From: Octopus sinensis
Taxonomy: Eukaryota
Direction of reading: 5' to 3'
NCBI RefSeq assembly: GCF_006345805.1
Contig: NC_043008.1
Span: forward strand, 20,274,001-20,338,000
DNA length: 64,000 bases
Under the pieces are notes generated by a model, which was not told where the DNA came from, did no database searches, and saw only the letters and a list, made by a program, of their open reading frames with translations. Positions 14,796-27,120 of this stretch are shown piece after piece. Within the stretch, counting starts at the first letter, position 1, and each line of letters opens with the position of its first letter. The translations under genes were made by a program, and so were the position numbers.

Positions 14796-15060
14796 ATTCT
14801 CTATTGAAGTATACACAAAAATAGTGAGACTTCAATATATCAAATATAAAGGATAGTTGAATTATTACAATCAGAGTATGTACTGTAAATTGTAATAAAA
14901 TTGTACTCCGAGTTTCAGATAATGTTAGCGTTGAGATTTACTTTTAAAATCTACATTTTGTTGTATACCTAGGCTGATGATGGCAATCCACCTTTATGTG
15001 TTATCTGAAACTCGGGGTACCATTTGTTTACAAGAATTTATTGTATATCCTGTATAAATA
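14796..15060. mobile_element. Fold-back PLE-like terminal fragment with hammerhead motif
   Basis: Arms 14881-14922 and 15001-15045 are reverse complements, and the fragment is flanked by (TA)n on both sides. Confidence 0.6.
14971..15021 (+). ncRNA. Hammerhead ribozyme-like motif with canonical CUGAUGA core
   Basis: GG-CTGATGA-tggcaatccacctttatgtgttatct-GAAA-CTCGGGG-TA-CC. The mirror arm reads GAAACTCGGAGTA. Stem I is only ~2 bp. Confidence 0.5.
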
Positions 15061-15061
15061 A

Positions 15062-15101
<40 letters not shown>

Positions 15102-15358
15102 CTGTAAATTGTAATAATATATATATATATAATATATATATATATATAATAGATATATATATATATATAGAATGAGTGTATTTTACCTTGTTAACAATTA
15201 ACACGGATAAATGAATGAATAGTTACCAGGGCAGCAAAATCTCACAGTAAAGTGTTGTAACTCCTTGTTTATAAAGGTTGAAACTTCGTGTTTACGTTGA
15301 ATATTTGAATAATAGGAATAGAAAATGGAGTCAACGCAGGTTTAAACAAGTATTTTTT

Positions 15359-15443
15359 CTTTCTACATATGTTTCAAAAATTCCACTGATACTTATTCAA
15401 AAGAATAAAAGGTATAAACAATGCAATCTTCTCTTCGGCAAAG
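15359..15443 (-). ncRNA. Hammerhead ribozyme-like motif in Naiad 3' repeat (CCGAAGA core)
   Basis: Reverse complement reads CTTTG-CCGAAGA-long stem II (…ttattc TTTT gaataa…)-GAAA-CATATG-TA-GAAAG. Confidence 0.6.
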
Positions 15444-15643
15444 TGAAAAACGAAACTTGTCAATACGACATTTTAGCAAAAAATGATGGATTCGTATAGC
15501 GATAGACAGAACGCTATTAATATATTTTTAAAAAACGTTATATGATATAACGTCATAAGTATCTAACAGAAAGAGTAGGGATATTAATAGTGAATGTTAA
15601 ATATAAAGGTAATTAAAGTCTAAACTATATATAATGATAGAGA

Positions 15644-16426
15644 CTACTTATATGCACTAAAAGTATGCTTTTGCCAATGCTTACATCTGTATGCTCGTTC
15701 TATAACCGTGTTTACTAGAGTATTTTTAGAAAAAATAATGAAAAATAGCTCAGAATGCAGAGAAGACAGAATTTCTTGCCTTTGTCATATGGTATCGAAA
15801 TTGAGAGGATCAACCATTCCAAATGAAATTGTTCATTGTGGTCTTTTAAATTCCAAATCAGTTTGCTGAGACCGGTACTATTCCGTTTATTTCTATCTCT
15901 AAATGTTGAGTAATGGATAGAAATTCTCTTAGATAACTCTAACGATGTGCTTCCAATGTAAAATCGTACTTTATTACGAGTACTGATTATACACTGGTAT
16001 ATAGAATTTTTAATCTTAGAGTTACTTGACATAAATTTAATTCTATTGGGATTGACTTCAGATACAATAACCTTCTTATTAATATTTCTAGAGGGTTGGA
16101 TGGTAGTAGCTAAATTAATGTTAGTATTAGTAAATGTATTAATATTTAACAGTTTTTTATTATGAGAAGATATATTTGCAAGAGATTTTTTGTGTTTGAA
16201 AAACCTATCCTAACCTTATGTGATTAATTATAGAGTAATATCTAGAATTATTGGAAAATTCCTAGCAATAGCTTGACGAAACAGCAGTGGGAGATTAGAT
16301 TTAATTTGTCTCCCGTAAGGAATTATTAACCAAATATTTTTACTAGTATTCATAGCGTAATTACTTTTGAAGGTGTTTATTTACTTTTAGATCGGTAATA
16401 GGGGGATAAATAAGGGTTATCTGCCT
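15644..16426 (-). pseudogene. PLE linker and GIY-YIG endonuclease, frameshifted
   Basis: SIYQCII...FYIGSTS...KRISIHYSTF...STGLSKLIWNLK...EWLIL...FCLLC, then after a shift ...YRCKHWQK. Several 1-nt frameshifts. Confidence 0.85.
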
Positions 16427-17550
16427 TCATTCGCTTTGTATCGGTGCGTAAGTTATGTTGTTATCAATAATTCTTTTACGACTAGAAATCTTATCTACAT
16501 TATTGAATTTACAATTAGACTGAGCAGAATCAATGTAGAAAATTTTTTCTGTATAACCTGCTTTGATTAAGGCAGAGTTATAGAATTCAGCGTTATTATT
16601 GAAAATATCAACATTAGCAGATAATTTAGATAATCTAAATGAAATATTCTTAACTAAATTCTTAGTAATTGCTCCAGGATGATTACTAAATCTGCTAATG
16701 TACTTAAGATTGGTCAACGGTTTATGATATGGGAAGTAAGAGTCACTGTGTAAATTAAGGGTAATATCTAAAAAGTTGGCCTTCGTCAGATCGTCATCAA
16801 AAACGATTTTTAAGCACATTCTACTGAAAAAATTAACTAAACTGTTCTTAACTTTTTGTACCTTTTGGTTAGAAACATTTTGGAGGTAAAGTAAACAATC
16901 ATCACGATATAGACCTCCATAAATGTTAGGGAACTCTTCAGCCATTTCAAAAAGAATGTATATACAGACCAAATCAGCTATCTGTGCTGAATCAGAACTT
17001 CCCATAGGTATATCGAAACTATCTGGTGTGTCTTTACGGACCCACAACTTATCATCAAATTTAATAATAGATCTTCTGGCTGCCAACACAACATTAACTT
17101 CTTCTCGGGTGAGACCAGCTTTGTTATGAACAAGCCAAAGTGCCTTATTAAGTACTATAGGATTAATAGACGAATAAAAATTGGAAATATCAAACTGGAT
17201 AAACTTCGTACTCACCTTACTGTTAATAGACCTAAACCAGTCAACTACGTCAAATGAATTAGTCCATAAGCTAAGTTTTAATGTTTTGAGTAGATTAGGA
17301 ATATATTTATCTAGTATATTTTTACTAAGGATACCGATGTCAGAGCTAGAAGGGCAGATAAGCCTTAATGATGGGTTAGTAAAAAGATTTGGTTTGTGAT
17401 CCTTCAAAATAAACCTAGGTTGCTTAGGAACAAGTGGTTCTGTCTTCATTTGTAGGTTATATTTCTCCATGATTTTCATAGCCTCGATGTTGGCTTTCTT
17501 AAGTATTCTTTTATCAGCAATTTTATACTTTTTCTGAATTTCTTTTTCAA
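16427..17550 (-). CDS. PLE reverse transcriptase (Naiad-type), 5'-truncated
   Basis: ORF 16427-17479 has LKDHKPN...LRLICP, FIQFDISNFYSSI, PMGSSDSAQIADLVCIYIL, GLYRDDCL, NFLDITLNL and SNHP. The GLYRDD and PMGSxD motifs are typical of Naiad/Chlamys PLE RTs. Confidence 0.88.
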
Positions 17551-18092
17551 ATCTCTTGCAAATTATATCTTCTCATAATAACAAACTGTTAAATATTAAT
17601 ACATTTACTAATACTAACATTAATTTAGCTACTACCATCCAACCCTCTAGAAATATTAATAACAAGGTTATTGTATCTGAAGTCAATCCCAATAGAATTA
17701 AATTTATGTCAAGTAACTCTAAGATTAAAAATTCTATATACCAGTGTATAATCAGTACTCGTAATAAAGTACGATTTTACACTGCAAGCACATCGTTAGT
17801 TATCTAAGAGAATTTCTATCCATTACTCAACATTTAGAGATAGAAATAAACGGAATAGTACCGGTCTCAGCAAACTGATTTGGAATTTAAAAGACCACAA
17901 TGAACAATTTCATTTGGAATGGTTGATCCTCTCAATTTCGATACCATATGACAAAGGCAAGAAATCTGTCTTCTCTGCAATTCTGAGCTATTTTTCATTA
18001 TTTTTTCTAAAAATACTCTAGTAAACACGGTTATAGAACGAGCATACAGATGTAAGCATTGGCAAAAGCATACTTTTAGTGCATATAAGTAG
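17549..18092 (+). pseudogene. Inverted duplicate of the GIY-YIG region
   Basis: ORF 17556-17807 repeats ...SIYQCIISTRNKVRFY, but YIG has become YTA, and frameshifts follow. Confidence 0.85.
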
Positions 18093-18293
18093 TCTCTATC
18101 ATTATATATAGTTTAGACTTTAATTTCCTTTATATTTAACATTCACTATTAATATCCCTACTCTTTCTGTTAGATACTTATGACGTTATATCATATAACG
18201 TTTTTTTTAACAATATTAATAGCGTTCTGTCTATCGCTATACGAATCCATCATTTTTTGCTAAAATGTCGTATTGACAAGTTTCGTTTTTTCA

Positions 18294-18375
18294 CTTTCCG
18301 AAGAGAATTTGCATGTTTATACCTTTTATTCTTTTGAATAAGTATCAGTGGAATTTTTGAAACATATGTAGAAAG
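18294..18375 (+). ncRNA. Hammerhead ribozyme-like motif, inverted copy
   Basis: CTTT-CCGAAGA(18298-18304)-stem II-GAAA(18359-18362)-CATATG-TA-GAAAG. Confidence 0.6.
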
Positions 18376-18616
18376 AAAAAATACTTGTTTAAACCTGCGT
18401 TGACTCCATTTTTTATTCCTATATATATATATATATATATTAATATATATATATATATATATATAACTGTAAATTGTAATAATATTTATATATATATATA
18501 ATAATATATATATATAATAATATATATATATATATATTACTGTAAATTGTAATAATATATAATATATATATATATTAATAACTGTAAATTGTAATAATAT
18601 TTATATATATATATAA

Positions 18617-18654
<38 letters not shown>

Positions 18655-19149
18655 TTATATATATATATATATATTATACTCTATGTATATGTATGTACGT
18701 ATGCTCGTATGTATGTGCTTCGCCAATACGCCCGAGAAAGTAGTCGAGACATTTGCAGTTAATAATTTCAATGCAGACAATATTTCGTTTTATACACATT
18801 TATATAGTGTGAAGTCGTAAAATATCTAGGCTTCGGCTATCGCTGAGTAAGCAACAAAATTATTCTGTAGTGGCGTTTTCTGTCTATTTTAAGAAACGAG
18901 AAAATTTCGTGATTGTTCATATCAAAAAAATATTTTATAATGTTTATATGAAAATATCAAACAAGTTACTTCATAACTTCTATATATTCTTAGCTTTCGT
19001 TGTCAACTAATCAATACTCTAAAACTTCTTAAAGCGTTGAATGTATTAAATATTTCATTACTAAAATCATTCGTAACAATATTTTGTTGCGAGAATCACC
19101 ATTAACATTATATATTTTCAAAGATATATTTTTTAAAGATTTATTTCTT

Positions 19150-19985
19150 AGAGCACTGTCTTGAGGCAACTACTATCCGTAATGGCTCTCTCACACATGA
19201 ACTCAGCTGCTCAGATTGCCACCCTTATGGCTATACAAAAGTCTCTCAGAAAATACAAAACCCTGAAGATATTGCCCGCCTGCAGCAAGGGTCGAGGCAA
19301 TATACATGTGTTCTGAGGACAATAACAGGCAGTTTAATGAAGGGAAATTTCAAGCCATGCTCTACCAACACACGAAGCTAAATGAAAACAAACAGGGTAC
19401 ACTGACCCAGGATGGATTGCAGTCCCCGAATCAAATTCAATGCTCAACCAGGGCACTTATACCAGTAATGATGCATCTTTCCAGATGCACGCTACTCTGT
19501 TGGCGATAAAGTGTAGACGGGAGGTACTGAAAATTTTAAGGCTACTCCGTAGAACCAAAGCAGGAGAGATATCCAGTGATATACATCTGGAATATACCAG
19601 AAGAAATTGTGCCAAACATTGGCATGGAAAAGTTACCCAAATAGCCGATTGGGGCGCCACTGCATACTACCAAAACTTCCGACATCGCCATCATGATACA
19701 AAGCCAGATACAGCAACAACTTCGGTTTAAAGGGTCCACAGTGCTTCAGTATCATCCAAAAAAGCCAAGGTGACCTAAATACGGTAGATATAGGCGTCTT
19801 CAAATTCAAAAGTTCTGGATGAACCTGTCTGGCGGCAAGAAACACAGATGAAGGCAACCATATCACACTCCCTCATTCAAATGCCGCAATTTAGTAAAGG
19901 TCTCAAGTAGTGAAATTCTAGCAACGATAACGGCGGTCCCCCGGCATGAGTACAGCTCTCGAACTGAAGCTAATAAAGTAAATTA
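19150..19985 (+). mobile_element. CR1-clade LINE 3' end, decayed
   Basis: Frameshifted translation pieces LKILRL..., IYIWNI..EIVPNIG, YSNNFGLKGPQCF, VFKFK..DEP resemble the CR1/L2 ORF2 C-terminus. The 3' tail reads ggcggtcccccggcatg...actgaagc. Confidence 0.7.
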
Positions 19986-21043
19986 TTCTAGATGCCAATA
20001 CGCTTGAATTCTTGCTTGAGGTTTGCGCATCATTTCTATAATGTGCTCTTTTTGTGCAAATCCATAATTTCCAAGTTATTTGCTTCAGAATGTAACACAT
20101 TTGTATAAGAAAAATTACAGCGGTATGATAAAAACCATACAGTTTAAATTGAGTTTGAAAGGTATGTTCGACTAAATGACATTCATTTAATATAGTCAAT
20201 GCTGCTAATTAATTTGAGAATCACATGAACAGTTCGATATTCCATTCCTTCCACCATCAATATAGGTTGGGCTTTGTTTTTTTGTTTTTTTTAACATATT
20301 CAAAAGTACCTGGTAATCGTTGTATAACAGAAGAGAGTGGGAACAAAATTTCTTTAATTTCCTGACATAAAAAAACGAATTCTTTCAATTGTTCCAAATG
20401 CTATGTAACATTGTTGGAAGCTTTACACCTGCATGAAATTCTATTTTCAGGAAATATCTTACATACAAATATGATCAATTATCTGTACGGGAAAATTAGG
20501 GGAAAAAAATTAATGCCAGTGTAAGATCTGTGCAACTGGTTACAGGAAATAAAATTGGTTCATTTGATAGTAATTTATCCTTTAAAGATGAATTGAAAGA
20601 TCTTCATTGAAACGTGAATAATACGAGGAAAATCTAAGCAATTAATTAGATTGAATTAAATATTTCAATTATAAGGAATTACGTTAATGTAATGAAATTG
20701 TTATATATTATACTGCACAGAAGATTTGCTTAATGAAAGAGGAATCTGTATATTCAATTGAATAAAATATATTAATCGGTTATATTTCCCAATATGTCAA
20801 AGAGATATGCGAATAGTTGGCTGGAACACAGGATCTTCAGATTAAATTACTGACAGTAGACAGGTAATCCTTCTAATCTCTAACATGAATCATGCGAGGA
20901 TGAAATATTCCGTAGTGATTTCTTGTTAGTCTGCGTTCATTTAGCTTTCGTCGATCCAGGATTTCGAGAAGACATCGCTAACATATCCCGTAAAGTAAAA
21001 CTTCTATTCAAATATAATGACTGAAATACCTACATATACATAA

Positions 21044-21122
<79 letters not shown>

Positions 21123-21123
21123 A

Positions 21124-21515
21124 CTAGCAGTATCGCCCGGCGTTGCTCGGGTTTATTTCGACCCTTTAGAATTAACATTTTTGAAAAGTAACAATTTAGC
21201 ATTATGTGGGTTGCATTTCTCTTTAAATGTACATTTTTCTGGTTGAAATACACCGAAAAATGGCGAAACAGCAGTCAAAAAATCGTAAAAAATAGGGATT
21301 TTCATAGAAAAAACAAGCAACTTTTTTATTTAAATAGTTTTTGGTATTAACATGGTCCGATTTCAATTTTGTCTTCTTCGGAATGAAGAACAAGGCTTCT
21401 TCTATCATACTTTCAATTTTGGTCAACTTGCGCCGCAGGGTCTCGGAGGAAATAGTGTTAATTGAAGGCTACCAAACCTGCCATACACAGACAACTTCAG
21501 CTTTATATACATATA
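21124..21515 (-). mobile_element. Non-autonomous Helitron-like element
   Basis: CTAG terminus at 21124-21127 with hairpin cccggcgttgctcggg, the same terminal design as 1497-3375. Inserted in (TA)n. Confidence 0.72.
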
Positions 21516-21568
21516 TATATATATAGTATATATATATATATTATATATATATATATATTATATATATA

Positions 21569-21625
<57 letters not shown>

Positions 21626-22194
21626 ATACATACATGTATATACGTATCTGTGTGTGGAGCGCTTGTATGTATACATGTGTAATTGTACGCAACGTATATC
21701 TTTTTTATAAGTGCATAGATACAAAACCAAAGTTTTCTGGGAAGCACTAATTTTAATTGAAATACGAAACTCATCAGCAGAGAGAACCCCGCATACACAC
21801 ACACACACACACACACGTAGAACTGTTTGTGTGAAAGTATATTCATGCATATATACACGTGGTCTTTGTCAGCAACAACAGAAATTGACAAGCATTTTAT
21901 TGTGTGAAGTTAAGAACGCCCTTTATATTCCTATATCTTCACATCTCTAAGAAGGTGTACTATGCTGAGTAATTATATATCACATCAGTTTAATGCCTCG
22001 AAATTTGCAATTAAGTGCGTCTAATGGACAGGAATTCAATGACAAATATTTGAAACATTTGGAAAGTTATACAATCGGCAGGTGTCGGTTAAGTAAGAAT
22101 GTAGAATGTTTAAAAATGAAATATATATATTAATGAAATAGGATACATGTAGCATTTATGTATCTCATTTGCAGATATCGTTAATTTGATATTT

Positions 22195-22244
22195 AAATAA
22201 TAATAACAATAATAATAATAATGATAATAATAATGATAATAATA

Positions 22245-22289
<45 letters not shown>

Positions 22290-22325
22290 GTAATAATAAT
22301 AATAATAATAATAATGACAAAATAT

Positions 22326-22359
<34 letters not shown>

Positions 22360-22468
22360 AACAATAATAATATAATAATAATAATAATAATAATAATTAA
22401 TAATAATAATAATAATAATATAGTAATAATAATAATAATATAATAATAATAATGACAAAATATTAATA

Positions 22469-22503
<35 letters not shown>

Positions 22504-22569
22504 ATAATAATAATAATAATAATAATATAATAATAATAATAATAATAATTAATAATAATAATAATAATG

Positions 22570-22624
<55 letters not shown>

Positions 22625-22947
22625 TTAAAAAAAAAATTTAATAATAATAATAATAATAATCATGACCATGATCATGATGAAATGGAAATAGAGATAACAG
22701 GGATGGTGAGCCTTAAAACAGAAACGATCCCTGCTATAATAAGTGCATTAAGTATGATCAAATACCATACAGACGAACATGGAGGCAAAATATCAGCACT
22801 AGTAGGGATCCGCACACATCCTACGTCAATCACTTTCAATACAGTGAAAATAACAGCACTGCAATATACCAGACCGCATGGCCAGGGCACACAGAACTTT
22901 GCTCAGTAGTAGAAAGCGCATGATAAAAATAAAATAAAATAATAATA

Positions 22948-23003
<56 letters not shown>
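22195..23003. repeat. (TAA)n microsatellite interrupted by an R4/Dong fragment
   Basis: Direct reading. Confidence 0.95.
22676..22935 (+). mobile_element. R4/Dong-clade non-LTR retrotransposon 3' end (REL endonuclease C-terminus)
   Basis: EIEITGMVSLKTETIPAIISALSMIK..., then ALVGSAHILRQSLSIQ* in another frame, matches the REL C-terminal pattern. It sits in (TAA)n, the known Dong target. Confidence 0.75.
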
Positions 23004-23004
<1 letters not shown>

Positions 23005-23493
23005 GCACTGATGCAGTACCAGGCAGTGGCTCTCATGGCTTCTGATCTTAACTGATTGGAAGTGTTATCATGTACATTGTTTTGTCTTGGTATAAAAGAT
23101 GGGCTACAGCAAATATTCTGCTCAATACCACAGATTTGCTTGTCAGTTGTTTGACCATAACAAGGTGGGCATGTCCCTTAGTGGCTGACGATATGTGCAT
23201 CTCTGATCACGTGCAGAAGTAGTGAGGGAGCAGCATAGCCATGTGTTGAGAAGGATTCTTTTGGGTGTGAATAATTCCCCTTTGGAAACATGGATGTTTC
23301 GTTCAACATCCTTAAACAAGCCTTATTCAGGGACCTTTTGGGCTGGATGGGCTACTCGACCTCAATAAATTTCTAACTGGGCTCCACCTGCAAGGTCATG
23401 TGCTGTTTATCTTGATATGAGATCACCATGTCGCGCACATATGGTTGTGATGCATGTGCCTGGAGACCCCCTTATCAGACGTTCTCTCACTCA
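23004..23493 (+). mobile_element. Non-coding interspersed repeat family D associated with (AAT)n
   Basis: ~500 bp, with a second diverged copy at 37487-38071. Both start right after (AAT)n, and this copy ends ctctcactcaatagcaataat. Confidence 0.8.
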
Positions 23494-24158
23494 ATAGCAA
23501 TAATAATTCTCTCTACTAAAGGCAAAAGGCTTGGGATTTGGCGGCGGAAGCTAGTTGGTTATATCGACCCCAGTGCTCATCCGGAACTGCGTAGGCGTGT
23601 CAGAATCGCTAGGAAGTGAGAGCTAAGCTTTTCTATATACATGCACGCACACACTCACAAACAAACACACACACACACACACTCATGCACAATGTACTGT
23701 TCTGTTACATGTAAGTTAAAAAAAGCAAGTACTTCATTCACTGAGTTAAATATCATTGACTGTAAACGGTATTTAAAACAAGAGCTACCAATAGTTTCAT
23801 ACCATGGAAACACAATAAAATCAGCAAATTCATAAAACGTGCCCTCCGCCTTTAAGGAATCGTTCAGGCTCAGTGAACATGATAAGTCTTATTTCAAAGC
23901 CAGATCACTGGTCATTGAGAAAAGAACTACAATTATACGTTTAAAATAAAGAATAACAAATACGCGGTCTACAAAATGCACTGAGTAATGCTTCAGTTTA
24001 ATGCAAATATGCTTCTATTATACCTAGACATAGAACTAAATAAAGAAGCACACCCGTTTATACACATCCACACATATGTATATTTTGTGCGAGCTATATT
24101 ATATGTATGTGCCATATTATATATATATATTATGTGTGTGTGTGTGTATGTGCCATAT

Positions 24159-24199
<41 letters not shown>

Positions 24200-24210
24200 A
24201 TGTGCCATAT

Positions 24211-24265
<55 letters not shown>

Positions 24266-24307
24266 TGAGAGCGAGAGCGAGAGAGAGAAATAGATAGATA
24301 TAGACAT

Positions 24308-24360
<53 letters not shown>

Positions 24361-24371
24361 TCTATAGTATG

Positions 24372-24424
<53 letters not shown>

Positions 24425-25423
24425 ATGTATGTTTGTACAGATTCTCATATCATCAAATCCCAAATAAGCAATAACGAAATAGGAAATGAAAAAGAAATTG
24501 TAATAGTTTATGTATAGAATTTCACAATAATTTCCTTTATCAGCAGCTAAATAGTATTATCCAAAAATACTGATATTTTCGTTTAAAGTATTTTAAAATA
24601 CTCAGCAACATAATTTTGGCAATTATTTCTCAAAAAGGATACATTATCAATACTTCGAAATCTGGAAACGAAGAATTTATTCCCTGTAACAAATATCAAA
24701 TTAAATTTCATTTTTACTTCTGTTATTTCTATCCGTCCAGCAAAAGAGATTGAAATTTAACATGGAGAAAAATCTATTATATTCAATTCAGCAGCGTTAA
24801 ATAATAAAATACAATTTAAACAATAATGGATAAATGTATCCTTTTTATTTGGAAAGTACTATTCTGTCTGTCGGATTGTATGTCTCACACCCTCTATATT
24901 TCGCTTAGTCTTCCTTCCAACATCAACGTATTTGATATTTTTATTTTTCGTTGTCCATATTTGATGTGTGTGCATACAAATGACAGCTTAATTGAATAAA
25001 CCTTCTTGCGTGTTTCTGCTTCAAAAACACAAAACCACTAAACTATATATTTGTGTAAATAGCCATATAAAGGAGTGCGGTAGTATACATGGGTTATTCA
25101 TAGACTCATACAAACAAATTCTTGCAGACTTGCAGATTTAGACGCAAATATATTCTCACAGACCTAACCACGCACAATGAGTATACGTAAGTATATATTT
25201 AAATACATTCAACCAAACACACAGACACATAGGCTAGCAAACACACACACATATAATAACAAGCAACATACGTAGTACACGTTGTACAACAGTGTCAGTT
25301 TTCAGCTGAAGAACGTTAACTAAAAGAATCACATCATAACAATACTTACATGAAATGCTGTATACACATATATACAAGCATATACAAAATATGTATGTGA
25401 CTATGTGTGTAAACATATGTCAA

Positions 25424-25569
25424 GGTAACAAGCTTGCTTCTCAACCACATACTACCAGGTTCAGTCACAGTGCGTGGCGCCTGACGCAAGTGTCTTCTAC
25501 TCCAACCTCCCGCCGTCCAAGGCCTTGTGGATGGATTTGTTAGATGGAAACTGAAAGAAATTGTTTGCC

Positions 25570-25571
<2 letters not shown>
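25424..25571 (+). mobile_element. SINE family A 5' fragment
   Basis: caagcttgcttctcaaccac...ggttcagtc...caagtgtcttctac...gatggaaactgaaagaa. Confidence 0.75.
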
Positions 25572-25644
<73 letters not shown>

Positions 25645-25650
<6 letters not shown>

Positions 25651-25850
25651 AGGAGATGTACTTGCATAGCAAGTGATTTGATCTGAGATCGTGTGCTGAA
25701 ACGAAAACAATTGCAACGTGGAAGGTGTTTGTAAGCCATTTAAGAAACACAAAAGCCGTTCGATTCACTTCAACGTTTAAGTTTAATTTGTCAAAATATT
25801 TTCCTCGCTTTAAGACCGCGACCTGTTCACTGACAAAAATCCGTGCTGCC
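25645..25850 (-). mobile_element. Probable PLE terminal-repeat fragment between (TA)n tracts
   Basis: Contains a hammerhead-topology motif at 25787-25837 and ends in (TA)n. Confidence 0.45.
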
Positions 25851-25865
25851 TCTTATATATATATA

Positions 25866-25909
<44 letters not shown>

Positions 25910-26450
25910 CGTGTGTGTTAAGGTAAATGAGGTGTAGCGCTTTCATCTCATTCCTTTTGAGGACACTTGAGATATGATTCTTACAGGAAATATTTTGTAT
26001 GTTGCCTTTTATATCAATGTGGAAGAGAATGTTCTTTCTGTTATCTATGTGTATGCGTTCTATTCAAGCGTTCATATGTGTGCGTATCTTTGTGTGCACA
26101 CGTATGCATCTGTGAGCATGTGCATGTGTGGCTAACTTCTGGAATACTCGGACATAGGGCGAAAAAAAGGAAAAATGGCAGACAAGAAGACGAACAAGAA
26201 AGAAACCAAGTAAGAAAAATGGAGTCGAAAGAAAGAGGGAGTGAGGGAGGAAGGAGGAGAGAGAGAGTATGTCTCTTTTTCCTGAGATGGTTTTCATTGT
26301 ATTGTTATTGTCAGTAATTTCACGGTTGCTTGAAGATAATGATGTTTCAAGGAGTCAATGTTGCTTTTGGTCTTTTGAAAGAAAGATCCTTTAATAGCGC
26401 ACAAACACAAAGGTGAGCGCACGCACACATATATGTACATATATATACAT

Positions 26451-26494
<44 letters not shown>

Positions 26495-26767
26495 GTATAT
26501 TCTCGGCAATTTCCGTTGCTCGATAGTTCGGCTCTGTCCGGACTCGCTTCGTATATATACGTGTATGTGTTTTTGTATAGGCTTGTTGCATCATAATTTT
26601 CTTAGGTTTGTACTAATCAAACAGAAGAACCGTCAGAAAACGTCACATGAGACCCGACTTAATTGAAACGAGATAACTTTATGCAAAATTTCCTGCAACG
26701 AACGATGCCATTGTCTTTGAGAAAGTCGCTTAGTTACAGGCTGCACTTTCCAGGAGTTGGCGTAGCA

Positions 26768-26811
<44 letters not shown>

Positions 26812-26957
26812 TGTTGTTCTACTCTTCGTGCTTCTTAAAGTCAACCGTGAAAGATTCAGAGAAATAGCCATAGAAGACATAGAACAGACATGTCTTCTAT
26901 GGCTATTTCTAAAATTTCAAAAGTATTGAAGAAGCTTTCTATAATTAATTATTCTGC

Positions 26958-27120
26958 TCATGGGCTTTGGGAATGTGTGTGCCACTCACGATCGAAAAAT
27001 CGCTGTTTCGATTCCCAGAGCGGGGTGTGCGTTGTGTTCTTAAACAAAACACTTCCTTTCATGTGGTTCTAGTTTACTCAGCTGTAAAGGAATAAAGCTG
27101 CAATGATTTAGCATCCCGTG
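26958..27120 (+). mobile_element. Old SINE family B fragment
   Basis: gtttcgattcccagagcggggtgtgcgttgtgttcttaaacaaaacacttc...actcagctg. Confidence 0.65.

Larger units (their letters stand above)
15170..18422 (-). mobile_element. Penelope-like retroelement, Naiad-type, 5'-truncated with inverted copy of its 3' region
   Basis: RT and GIY-YIG on the minus strand. 17549-18422 is the reverse complement of 15312-16188. Both ends abut (TA)n. Confidence 0.9.

Noticed and set aside
16427-16429. TGA ending the Naiad RT ORF as a possible selenocysteine codon (some Naiads encode selenoproteins)
   Set aside because: It lies in a variable linker with nearby frameshifts, and the conserved cysteines are ordinary TGT/TGC codons.
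23181-23242. CTGACGA...GAAG...TA hammerhead-like pattern in family D
   Set aside because: GAAA is absent, the stems are poor, and the core is not conserved in the second copy.
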